This document shows, in pieces, positions 32,594 to 40,015 of a stretch of DNA of 40,015 nt. The first letter of the stretch is position 1. The number at the start of each line of letters is the position of its first letter. Source of the stretch: Clostridia bacterium. GTDB taxonomy: Bacteria > Bacillota > Clostridia > Christensenellales > UBA1242. A program made the translations under genes and the position numbers. The stretch is taken from contig JAFQUU010000032.1 in assembly GCA_017408305.1 (NCBI GenBank), positions 1-40,015 of the forward strand, in the 5' to 3' direction. Under the pieces are notes generated by a model. It saw only the letters and a list, made by a program, of their open reading frames with translations. It searched no databases and was not told the DNA's origin.

Positions 32594-33049
32594 CTAAATT
32601 TTTTCTTGTTGAATTGTTTTTTGTTTTTCAAAAGAAATAAAACCTTTATTATTTTCAATAACAAAAAATCCAAATCTACCAGTTATTGTTACTGGGTTAA
32701 TTGGTTCAAATCTTAAATTACAAGTATTTACAGCCCTTGCTCCATTTGCCAAAGATGTTGTGATGTGTGGGGTTTTGGGAGTATTGTTAATATCAAAATT
32801 TTTAAACAAGTCTTTAAATTTGTCATCAAAGGCTATTTCAAATCCACTGTTTTCGTTGTTATTGCCATAGCCAATAAGACTTACATCGACATTTTGGCCG
32901 ACAAATTGGTTAAACAATTCAATCTCATTTGGCCTAAAAGCAAAAGTACAGTGGAAGTTGTTTGGTAAAAATTCCAAGCGTTGTTTTTCATTGTCAGAAA
33001 TTATTTTTGAGTTTTCTTTATTAAAAAATATTCCAAAATATTCAACCAT
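32594..33049 (-). CDS. 2H-phosphoesterase superfamily protein (LigT/YjcG-like size), 151 aa
   Basis: Two H-x-T/S motifs at typical spacing: 'FHCTFAF' and 'PHITTSL'. Confidence 0.6.
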   Translation of the reverse strand: MVEYFGIFFNKENSKIISDNEKQRLEFLPNNFHCTFAFRPNEIELFNQFVGQNVDVSLIGYGNNNENSGFEIAFDDKFKDLFKNFDINNTPKTPHITTSLANGARAVNTCNLRFEPINPVTITGRFGFFVIENNKGFISFEKQKTIQQEKI

Positions 33050-33055
33050 ATTTAA

Positions 33056-33084
33056 ATTATATTCTGTAAAAATTCAAAAGTCAA
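33056..33084 (-). promoter_or_regulatory. Promoter of the 2H gene in a leaderless arrangement
   Basis: Minus strand TTGACT (33079-33084), 17 nt, TATAAT (33056-33061), then 6 nt to ATG (33049). No SD. Confidence 0.65.
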
Positions 33085-33156
33085 ACGCTTTGAATTATTT
33101 TTCCATAAGAAAGTTTTCAATAATTTCCTTAGCATTAGGGCTACATAAGTCAAATT

Positions 33157-34245
33157 TTATTTTTGATGTAAAAGTTTTTTTGTTTCAATTTTAGGTTTTG
33201 GCTTTGGCGTAATCGATTTGAGGTCTATTGGCCTTTCAAGGTATTTCAAAAACAATGTTCTCATGTTTGCAATTTCCAAGTTTTCAAGGTATATTTGCAG
33301 TTCAAGTTCCTCTTGGGTTTCTTGTTGCTGTTGTTTGAGGGTGGAAGTAGGTTCGATGTTTTGTAGGTCAAGAGGCGTGTCAAGAAAATCAAAAAGCACT
33401 TTTTGGGCAAGACGCTTACCATATTCCTCTTGTAAATGTTGTTTTTTGTATGTTATTTTTTTTATTTTTTGCTTAAATTTTAAATGTGGTATATATTCAA
33501 CCTTGCCGACAAAAACAGGGAATGACTGATGTTTGTAATCTTTTTTTAAGTAAGGAAGGAAACGGCCTTCTCTTTTAATATCTTTAACAAAATCATCAAA
33601 ACTTATGGCAGATGCAGTTGTTGCCAAAAGTTTTTGGTTAATTTCGCTAATTTTTTGTGGGATATTAAAAGGTTTGTTGCCTATAAGATGGTGGTCAAAA
33701 GAAATAAGTTGAAGCCCAAGAAGCGTGCTTTCTGCCATAATTTGTGCATCATGTGGAAATTTATTAGGGTCATCTCTTAAAAAAGGTTTTTTGCGAATTT
33801 GAAGTGAAAGTGGAATATTGTTAGGAAATGCCGGTTTTTGAACATAGGCATTTGCGAGGTCATTAAATTTGGTTTTATAATCGCCAATAAATCCTTCATT
33901 GATATATGCAATTTTGATGTTTTGATTTTGGGTAAGAAATTTTTTTGAAATATTTTTAAAATAAAGAATATTATTAAGTTTTGTCATCTTGTCGGCAGTC
34001 ATAACCTTTTGTGCTGAAAGTTTTATTTGTGGTTTTCTTATTACTTCACGAAAAACAGTAAGTGGCACAACAAGTTCAATTTTGCCCAAATCAACCATTT
34101 TGCTTAGCCATAATAGGTTTTTGTAAGTTGTTTCTGACACTTTGTTGTAATAAAAAAATTTCTCTTTGGATAATAGACTCGCCATAGCCATATATCCCAA
34201 AACATTTGTGTCTATTGCAAACCTAATTTTTGTGATTTCTGTCAT
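33157..34245 (-). CDS. PIN-like domain protein with large insertion and repeat-containing C-terminal region, 362 aa
   Basis: 'IRFAIDTNVLGYM', 'LVVPLTVFREV' and 'HDAQIMAESTLLGLQLISFDHHL' match the PIN acidic-residue blocks. ATG 34245 after AAGGA. Confidence 0.55.
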   Translation of the reverse strand: MTEITKIRFAIDTNVLGYMAMASLLSKEKFFYYNKVSETTYKNLLWLSKMVDLGKIELVVPLTVFREVIRKPQIKLSAQKVMTADKMTKLNNILYFKNISKKFLTQNQNIKIAYINEGFIGDYKTKFNDLANAYVQKPAFPNNIPLSLQIRKKPFLRDDPNKFPHDAQIMAESTLLGLQLISFDHHLIGNKPFNIPQKISEINQKLLATTASAISFDDFVKDIKREGRFLPYLKKDYKHQSFPVFVGKVEYIPHLKFKQKIKKITYKKQHLQEEYGKRLAQKVLFDFLDTPLDLQNIEPTSTLKQQQQETQEELELQIYLENLEIANMRTLFLKYLERPIDLKSITPKPKPKIETKKLLHQK

Positions 34246-34332
34246 TTTTTGTCCTTTTTTTTCAAGGTGGAATATACCATAAAAAACCCCCTTTGGCAAG
34301 GAGATTGCGTAAATGCATTCTATTAAAAAATA

Positions 34333-35457
34333 CTATTGTTTAAAGGTTAAATAGCCACTTCCTTCTTGGTTTTTGTTAAAAGTGATAGGTTCGCAGTTTT
34401 CTGTTAAGATTTTCTTGATTTCAAAAGGGGTAAGTGCTGGATTTTGTTCAAGAAGCAGTGCAGAAACCCCAGCAACCATAGGTGTTGCAACGCTTGTGCC
34501 ACTAAGTTTGGTATATGGGGAAGTTATTCCACACGAAGTAATGTCAACTGCTGGGGCAACAAGGTCGGGCTTAAAGTTTTCAAGGGCTGGTCCTCGAGAA
34601 GAAAAGTCTGCAATTTCAAAGTATTCTGGCAAAAAGCTTTGCTCATCAATTCGGTTATCATCAAACCCACCAACCGTTATGATTTTTCTGCTTATACCTG
34701 GGCTTTTTATGGTTTTGTATTCAGGGCCACTATTGCCGGCAGCACTGACAACAACCAAATTCTTTTCCCAAAGTTTTTCTGCCCCTTGCATAATTGGGTC
34801 ATTTTCGCCAAGTGGTTCACTTCCAAAACTCATGCACACAACCTTGATGTTATATTTTTTGTGATAGTCGTAAACCCATTGCATAGCCTCTAAAATTTTT
34901 AAAGAGTTTGCTTCGCCTCCGTTATCTAATGCTTTGATTGCGATAATGTTTGATTTTGGGCATATACCACTATATTTTCCGTTAGACATTATACCACTGC
35001 CACTGCCTACACCTGCAACAAAAGTGCCATGCCCGTTGTCATCGTAAGGAAAAATACGATGATTAATGAGGTCTACAAATTTGATAATTCTGTTTTTGCC
35101 AAGTGTAAAGTCAAGATGTGGCGAAATGCCGGTGTCAATGTATGCAATTGTTTGGTTTTGGCCACTGCCTAGGGCTTGTGTTCCTATAATTTGCTTAGCA
35201 ATATTTATCATTGTAAAAACCTGTGTTTGGCTTGAGGCAAAAGTAACGCTTTTATCCAAAAAAAGGGTTTTTATTTCTTCCTTAGGTCCACAAACCGAAA
35301 TTGCATTTATAAATGGTAAAATTCCCAAGATTTTTATGTTTGTGTTTGCCAAAGTGCATTTTAGGCTTTCAAGATTATTTGTACGAAGCAAGCAATTAAT
35401 TTTTGCTTCAGTGGCATTTGAAAGCGTTTTTGCAAGAAGGTCATCATGTTTTTTCAT
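34333..35457 (-). CDS. Subtilisin-like serine peptidase (S8), AprX-like, no signal peptide
   Basis: Catalytic triad blocks 'AYIDTGI', 'HGTFVAGVGSG', 'SGTSVATPMVAG' and oxyanion 'AAGNSG'. Confidence 0.85.
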   Translation of the reverse strand: MKKHDDLLAKTLSNATEAKINCLLRTNNLESLKCTLANTNIKILGILPFINAISVCGPKEEIKTLFLDKSVTFASSQTQVFTMINIAKQIIGTQALGSGQNQTIAYIDTGISPHLDFTLGKNRIIKFVDLINHRIFPYDDNGHGTFVAGVGSGSGIMSNGKYSGICPKSNIIAIKALDNGGEANSLKILEAMQWVYDYHKKYNIKVVCMSFGSEPLGENDPIMQGAEKLWEKNLVVVSAAGNSGPEYKTIKSPGISRKIITVGGFDDNRIDEQSFLPEYFEIADFSSRGPALENFKPDLVAPAVDITSCGITSPYTKLSGTSVATPMVAGVSALLLEQNPALTPFEIKKILTENCEPITFNKNQEGSGYLTFKQ

Positions 35458-35747
35458 CAGATTTGATTTAAAAGCTCCTTTATATTTTTCTTTTGCTCAG
35501 GTGATAAAAATGCATCAAGTGAAGATAGTGTGCTTTCTAGTTTTTTAAGGTCAAAAGTTCCGTTTTGTTTTTGCTTTGCAACTTCTTGGTAGAAAGTTGC
35601 AAGAAGGTCTTCTCTTGGCATAGATTGGTAATGCTTAATTTGTTCTTCTAAATTGTTTGGTGGCTGAGGTTGTTTTTCTTCTGTTTGTGGATTGGTTTTG
35701 GGGTTTTGTGGTTTTGAAGAAGCATAGTCCCAAAGGCTTTTTTTCAT
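35457..35747 (-). CDS. Hypothetical small protein, 96 aa, translationally coupled to the S8 peptidase
   Basis: AAGGAGA SD. Its TGA stop shares one nucleotide with the S8 ATG (TGATG on the minus strand). P/Q/N-rich N-terminal half. Confidence 0.55.
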   Translation of the reverse strand: MKKSLWDYASSKPQNPKTNPQTEEKQPQPPNNLEEQIKHYQSMPREDLLATFYQEVAKQKQNGTFDLKKLESTLSSLDAFLSPEQKKNIKELLNQI

Positions 35748-35815
35748 GAATTTTTCTCCTTTTTATTGACTTAATTATTATATGATTGCATATATAATAA
35801 TGTTGCGAGGTGCTT

Positions 35816-36103
35816 ATGGATTTTTCTAGTTTGTTTTCAGGGCAAGAAGGCAAAAAAAACTTTGAAGATGCTGTCAGTCCTCAAAGCGAAGATTTGATTT
35901 CCAAGGTTTTGCCACTTTTGTCTGGTGGCAAAATGGATTCAAACGCACTTCTTAAAATTTTGGCAAATGGCAACCCAAGGATTAGTGGAATTATGCAACT
36001 AATGCCACTTTTGTCAAATGGCTTGGGGGCTGCAGCAAAACAAAATAGTCCTAAAAAAACTTATGAATATGTAAAAATTTGTGATTATTATAAAAATAAA
36101 TAA
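35816..36103 (+). CDS. Hypothetical small protein, 95 aa
   Basis: ATG 35816 after GAGG. Divergent from the 96-aa gene. No recognised domain. Confidence 0.45.
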   Translation: MDFSSLFSGQEGKKNFEDAVSPQSEDLISKVLPLLSGGKMDSNALLKILANGNPRISGIMQLMPLLSNGLGAAAKQNSPKKTYEYVKICDYYKNK

Positions 36104-36233
36104 AAAAATAAAATTTAATTATTATTTTTTATAAAATAATAAAAAATCGTTTTTTTGGGTTGAAAAATTTAAATTATCAAAAGTTTGATTTATTTTTTCT
36201 AGAATGTTATACTTTTTTTAAAAGGGGTGGGTT

Positions 36234-37010
36234 ATGAATTTAGAAAAAATAATGAAAAAACTTAAAGGCAAAAGTGCAGAGATTGCTGTTTTTTGTGGGT
36301 CTGGGCTTCATGGACTTGTTGCACTAGAGAACATAGAAAAAGTGTCGTATAAAGACCTCGGTTTTGAGTACGCAGAGATTTCTGGGCATGACAGGTTTTT
36401 GGAGTTTGGTGAGTTTCAGGGCAAAAAGGTTGTTATTGCTTCAAGGTTTCATTACTATGAAGATGGCTCGCCTAATGACATGTACTGGCTTCATAGAGTG
36501 CTTCAAAAACTTGGGGTAAAAACCATTATTGCAACAACAGCAGTTGGTGCAATAAATGAAAGTTATGAAGCAGGTGATATCGTGCTTGTAAAAGACCATA
36601 TCAATATGTCAGGCACAAATCCTTTTGTTGGCAAACTGCCAATTGAGTTTGTGGATATGACAAACGCTTATGATGTTGGACTTCGTGAACTTGTTAAAAA
36701 GATTGCAAAAAGTTTAAAAATCAGCATTCATGAAGGTACTCATATTCAATCAATTGGCCCATCATACGAAACACCAGCAGAAGTAAAGTTTTTTAGGATT
36801 ATTGGGGGCGACACTGTAAGCATGAGTCTTGTGCATGGCAATATTTGTGCAAATCATTTGGGGATGAAGTTTGTTGCATTTGCAAGTATCACAAACAAAG
36901 CAAGTACAGAAAAATCTGCACCTATCACCCATGAAGAAGTGCTTAAAAATTCACGACTTGTGGCAGAAAAACTTGGAAAAATTATTGCAAAACTTATAGA
37001 GAAAATATAA
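36234..37010 (+). CDS. Purine nucleoside phosphorylase, trimeric PNP family
   Basis: 'GSGL', 'RFHYYE', 'GPSYETPAEV', 'ASITNKA'. Promoter TTGATT, 17 nt, TGtTATACT upstream. Confidence 0.8.
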   Translation: MNLEKIMKKLKGKSAEIAVFCGSGLHGLVALENIEKVSYKDLGFEYAEISGHDRFLEFGEFQGKKVVIASRFHYYEDGSPNDMYWLHRVLQKLGVKTIIATTAVGAINESYEAGDIVLVKDHINMSGTNPFVGKLPIEFVDMTNAYDVGLRELVKKIAKSLKISIHEGTHIQSIGPSYETPAEVKFFRIIGGDTVSMSLVHGNICANHLGMKFVAFASITNKASTEKSAPITHEEVLKNSRLVAEKLGKIIAKLIEKI

Positions 37011-37071
37011 AAGTTGTCAGTATAAAATTTTACCTTTGACAAAAACTAACTCCAAATAAGGAGTTTTTTTC

Positions 37072-38226
37072 ATGAAAAGGTTTTTGGTTTTTGCGTTTTT
37101 GCTTGTTGTTTTGTGTGCATGTCTTGCAAACGGCAATCTGCCAATTAAAGTTTTTGCACAAGAAGAATTTTCTGTAGATGCAAAATCTGCCATTTTGGTT
37201 GACTATGCCAGTGGTGAGGTGCTTCTTGGGCAAAACATTGACACAAAACTTGAAATTGCAAGCATGGTGAAACTTATGACAATTTATCTTACTGTAAGTG
37301 CAGTAGAACAAGGCGAAATCTCCTTAGATGACTTTCTTACTGTAAGTGAGCACGCATCAAGTATGGGTGGCAGTCAAGTGTTTTTAGATGCAGGGGAAAA
37401 GTATAATGTTGGGAAAATGCTTCAAAGTGTGATTATGGCTTCTGCAAATGATGCAAGTGTTGCACTTAGTGAGTATATCTCGGGCAGTGAGAAGGCTTTT
37501 GTTGAAAAAATGAACCAAACTGCAGTGCAGTTAGGCATGAACAATACCTTATATGCCAATGCAACCGGCCTTCCTGCACCAATGCAATATTCAACGGCGT
37601 ATGACACAAGCATAATTCTTTCAAAACTTGTTTCAAATGATATTTATCATAACTTTTCATCACTTTGGATGGACGAACTTGTGCATCCAAGTGGCAGAAA
37701 GACGGAACTTGTTAATACAAATAAACTTACAAGATATTACAAAGGCTGTGACAGTGGTAAAACTGGTTTCACTGATGAGGCACTTTATTGCCTTGCATCA
37801 AGTGCAGTGCGTGATGATATGAGGCTTGTTGCAGTTGTTATGGGTGCAAAAACTGCAAACCAAAGGTTTGGAGAAAGCGTAAAACTTCTTAATTATGGCT
37901 TTGACAACTTTAAAAGCGAAACAATTATAGACACTGAAGTTTGCTTGGGCGAAATTTCTGTCGTAAAAAGCACTTTGACTTCTGCCAAAGTGTTTGCAAA
38001 AGATAATTTTGCAAGTGTTGTGAAAAAAGGTCAAAAGCACGAATATGAAATTTCTGTTAATATAGACAAAAAGGTTGTTGCCCCAAGTCTTAAAGGCGAA
38101 AAGGTTGGTGAAATTGTTGTTTCTAAACAAGGTGTGGTTGTTAAGGAAATAGACCTTGTTTTAGGTCAAGACATTGATGCGTTAACCTTTGGTCAGGCGT
38201 TTAGAAAAGTAAGCCAAGCGTGGTAA
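37072..38226 (+). CDS. D-alanyl-D-alanine carboxypeptidase (S11, PBP5-like) with signal peptide
   Basis: 'ASMVKLMT' (SxxK), 'ASANDAS' (SxN), 'GKTGFT' (KTG). Confidence 0.9.
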   Translation: MKRFLVFAFLLVVLCACLANGNLPIKVFAQEEFSVDAKSAILVDYASGEVLLGQNIDTKLEIASMVKLMTIYLTVSAVEQGEISLDDFLTVSEHASSMGGSQVFLDAGEKYNVGKMLQSVIMASANDASVALSEYISGSEKAFVEKMNQTAVQLGMNNTLYANATGLPAPMQYSTAYDTSIILSKLVSNDIYHNFSSLWMDELVHPSGRKTELVNTNKLTRYYKGCDSGKTGFTDEALYCLASSAVRDDMRLVAVVMGAKTANQRFGESVKLLNYGFDNFKSETIIDTEVCLGEISVVKSTLTSAKVFAKDNFASVVKKGQKHEYEISVNIDKKVVAPSLKGEKVGEIVVSKQGVVVKEIDLVLGQDIDALTFGQAFRKVSQAW

Positions 38227-38227
38227 A

Positions 38228-38250
38228 AAGAGTCAAAAGGCTCTTTTTTT
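38228..38250 (+). terminator. Terminator after the carboxypeptidase gene
   Basis: aagagtc-aaaa-ggctctt stem-loop (one G-T pair) plus a T-run. Confidence 0.65.
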
Positions 38251-38294
38251 ACACAAAAAAACAGGTGTTAGAACTTTTAAAAGTGCCAAATTGC

Positions 38295-38323
38295 TTGATT
38301 ATTTAGGAAGAATTTAATATAAT
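38295..38323 (+). promoter_or_regulatory. Promoter of the M50 peptidase gene in a leaderless arrangement
   Basis: TTGATT (38295-38300), 17 nt, TATAAT (38318-38323), then 6 nt to ATG 38330. No SD. Confidence 0.6.
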
Positions 38324-38329
38324 TATTCT

Positions 38330-38998
38330 ATGTTATATTTTTTAGCCGCAACAGGTGCAACAGGGCTTGAACTTTTTGCACTTGTCCTTGCTTTTCTTTT
38401 GGCAGTTTGTATTGGTATGACGCTTCACGAGTATGCACATGCTCGGGCTGCTTTTTCGCGTGGGGATGACACAGCAAGCCTTATGGGCAGAATGACCCTC
38501 AACCCTTTGGCACATGTCAGTGGCATGGGGCTTATATGCTTTTTATTGTTTGGTTTTGGTTGGGCAAAACCTGTGCCAATCAACCCTGCAAAGTTTAGAA
38601 ACTTTAAAAAAGATGCAACTTGGGTGTCTGTTAGTGGAATTTTAACAAACCTTGTGCTTGCACTTGTGTTTTCTGGGCTTTGGTTTTTTCTTGGCCCAAC
38701 TTTGATTCTTGCAGAAAACCTGTTTTTAACATTTCTTTATTACTTTTTATATTTTGGGTTTATCATAAATGTTGCACTTGCAGTTTTCAACCTTTTGCCA
38801 GTGCCACCACTTGATGGATTCCAAATTTTGTCTATTTGGCTGAGTTATAGTAACAAATTTCTTAAGTTTATGAGTCAATATGGTATCATATTCTTGCTTA
38901 TATTCATATTGCCAATTATCAATGGAACTTCGCTGCTTAGCATAATTTACGAGTCGTTTGAAGTGCTGTTTGTTTTGCTATGGGGGTTGTTTTTATGA
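38330..38998 (+). CDS. Site-2 protease family membrane metallopeptidase (M50)
   Basis: 'TLHEYAHA' (HExxH) and 'NLLPVPPLDGFQIL'. Multiple TM segments. Confidence 0.85.
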   Translation: MLYFLAATGATGLELFALVLAFLLAVCIGMTLHEYAHARAAFSRGDDTASLMGRMTLNPLAHVSGMGLICFLLFGFGWAKPVPINPAKFRNFKKDATWVSVSGILTNLVLALVFSGLWFFLGPTLILAENLFLTFLYYFLYFGFIINVALAVFNLLPVPPLDGFQILSIWLSYSNKFLKFMSQYGIIFLLIFILPIINGTSLLSIIYESFEVLFVLLWGLFL

Positions 38999-39765
38999 CA
39001 GAAGAGAATGTAACTCTTTATGAAGATGATGCTTATCTTTATAAACTTGAAAATTTTGAAGGGCCACTTGATTTGCTTCTTGAAATTATCAAGAAAAACA
39101 AACTTGATATAGAGGAAGTACGCATTACTGACATAACAAGTCAATATATGGAGTATATCCGCGATGTTGAAAAACTTGATATGGAAAAAGCGTCAGAATT
39201 TATTTTGATGGCTTCAACGCTGATTGAAATTAAGTCTAAAGCACTTATGCCAAGGCTTGATGAATCTGAGGAAGAGGAAGAAGACAGTGAGGCAATCTTA
39301 AAACTTAGGATTAGGGAATATCAACTTTTCAAGGAAACAGCAGAAACCTTGAAAACCCACGAAAACCTTGACCATTTCTATAAAAAACCTGACAAAAATG
39401 TTGGAAATCCTAGGTTTACGCTAAAAGATATGGCACTTGATAATCTTTTAGATGCGTTTGTAAAACTTATGACAAAGGTGGACCGTGAACTTGCTCACGA
39501 AGAACCTAAAAAAATTGAAAAAGACCGTTTTACTGTTGCAGAAAAAATTGCAAGCACAAAAGTTGTTTTAAAAGAAAAAAAGAATATTGAATTTGAAGAA
39601 CTTTTTGAAAAAAGTCAAACAAGAAGCGAACTTATAAATGTCTTTATGGCGTTATTAGAACTGTTAAAAATGCAGTATGCAAAAATTGAACAAAATGGAC
39701 TTTTTGGAAAAATAAAGATTTTTTATAATGAAGAATTTGGAGAAAAAAATGAGCAAACTGAGTGA
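38995..39765 (+). CDS. scpA: Segregation and condensation protein A
   Basis: 'FEGPLDLLLEIIKKNKLDIEEVRITDITSQYMEYI'. ATGA overlap with the preceding gene. Confidence 0.92.
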   Translation: MTEENVTLYEDDAYLYKLENFEGPLDLLLEIIKKNKLDIEEVRITDITSQYMEYIRDVEKLDMEKASEFILMASTLIEIKSKALMPRLDESEEEEEDSEAILKLRIREYQLFKETAETLKTHENLDHFYKKPDKNVGNPRFTLKDMALDNLLDAFVKLMTKVDRELAHEEPKKIEKDRFTVAEKIASTKVVLKEKKNIEFEELFEKSQTRSELINVFMALLELLKMQYAKIEQNGLFGKIKIFYNEEFGEKNEQTE

Positions 39766-40015
39766 AGTGATTAAGGCTACATTGTTTGTTGCAGGTGAAG
39801 GAATTGAAAAAGAGTTTATGGCAGAAAAACTAAATGTCACTGTCAAGGCTCTTGAAAAAGCCATTGAAGAATTAAAACTTGAAATGGGTGAAGAAAGTGG
39901 CATTCAAGTTATTGAATTTAAAAACAAAATTCAACTAACTTCAAACCCAATTTTTGTGGAAGAAATTGCAGAATTTTTAAATCCAATTCGTGAAAAAGCC
40001 CTCACAAAAGCAGCC
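39749..40015 (+). CDS. scpB: Segregation and condensation protein B, N-terminal part (3' end outside window; not in the ORF track)
   Basis: Hand translation from ATG 39749: 'MSKLSEVIKATLFVAGEGIEKEFMAEKLNVTVKALEKAIEELKLEM..GIQVIEFKNKIQLTS', open to the window end. Overlaps the scpA 3' end. Confidence 0.85.
   Translation, partial: MSKLSEVIKATLFVAGEGIEKEFMAEKLNVTVKALEKAIEELKLEMGEESGIQVIEFKNKIQLTSNPIFVEEIAEFLNPIREKALTKAA

Overview
40-kb chromosomal window from a low-GC Firmicutes/Clostridia-like bacterium. Evidence for that placement: a Spo0A-type DNA-binding domain, a PdaB-like deacetylase, and smc-ftsY, prmC-prfA, nusA-ylxR-infB-rbfA-truB, dnaX-ybaB and scpA-scpB synteny. TGA is used as a stop codon, so this is the standard code. 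Roughly three quarters of the window is conserved housekeeping, listed under features. Two accessory segments interrupt it. (i) 11.3-19.5 kb lies between prfA-GNAT and typA and contains a stand-alone tRNA-Glu(CUC). It holds 14 ORFs with no recognisable housekeeping role, arranged as self-contained cassettes (near-consensus promoter, strong SD, ORF, hairpin terminator). Many are paralogue sets: 2 MFRFG peptides, 4 small basic 'KIGRRP' proteins with mosaic ends, and 2 proteins of about 265-316 aa. The segment also has a family of five related hairpin repeats, a 381-aa gene bracketed by 38-bp perfect direct repeats, and a 107-nt cloverleaf-like structured element. (ii) 32.6-36.1 kb sits where recR normally follows dnaX-ybaB. 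It holds a leaderless 2H-phosphoesterase gene, a PIN-like protein, a subtilisin-like S8 peptidase translationally coupled to a small ORF, and one more small ORF. Other notable points are dnaX split exactly at an A9 run (frameshift, slippage or homopolymer error), at least three TTGxxx-17-TATAAT-6-ATG leaderless gene starts, a receiver-less Spo0A paralogue behind two copies of a 12-bp palindrome, and a degenerate DUF1385 domain fused in frame to PrmC. I saw no CRISPR array, rRNA, integrase or transposase. All functional calls come from motif recognition by eye; no database search was run.
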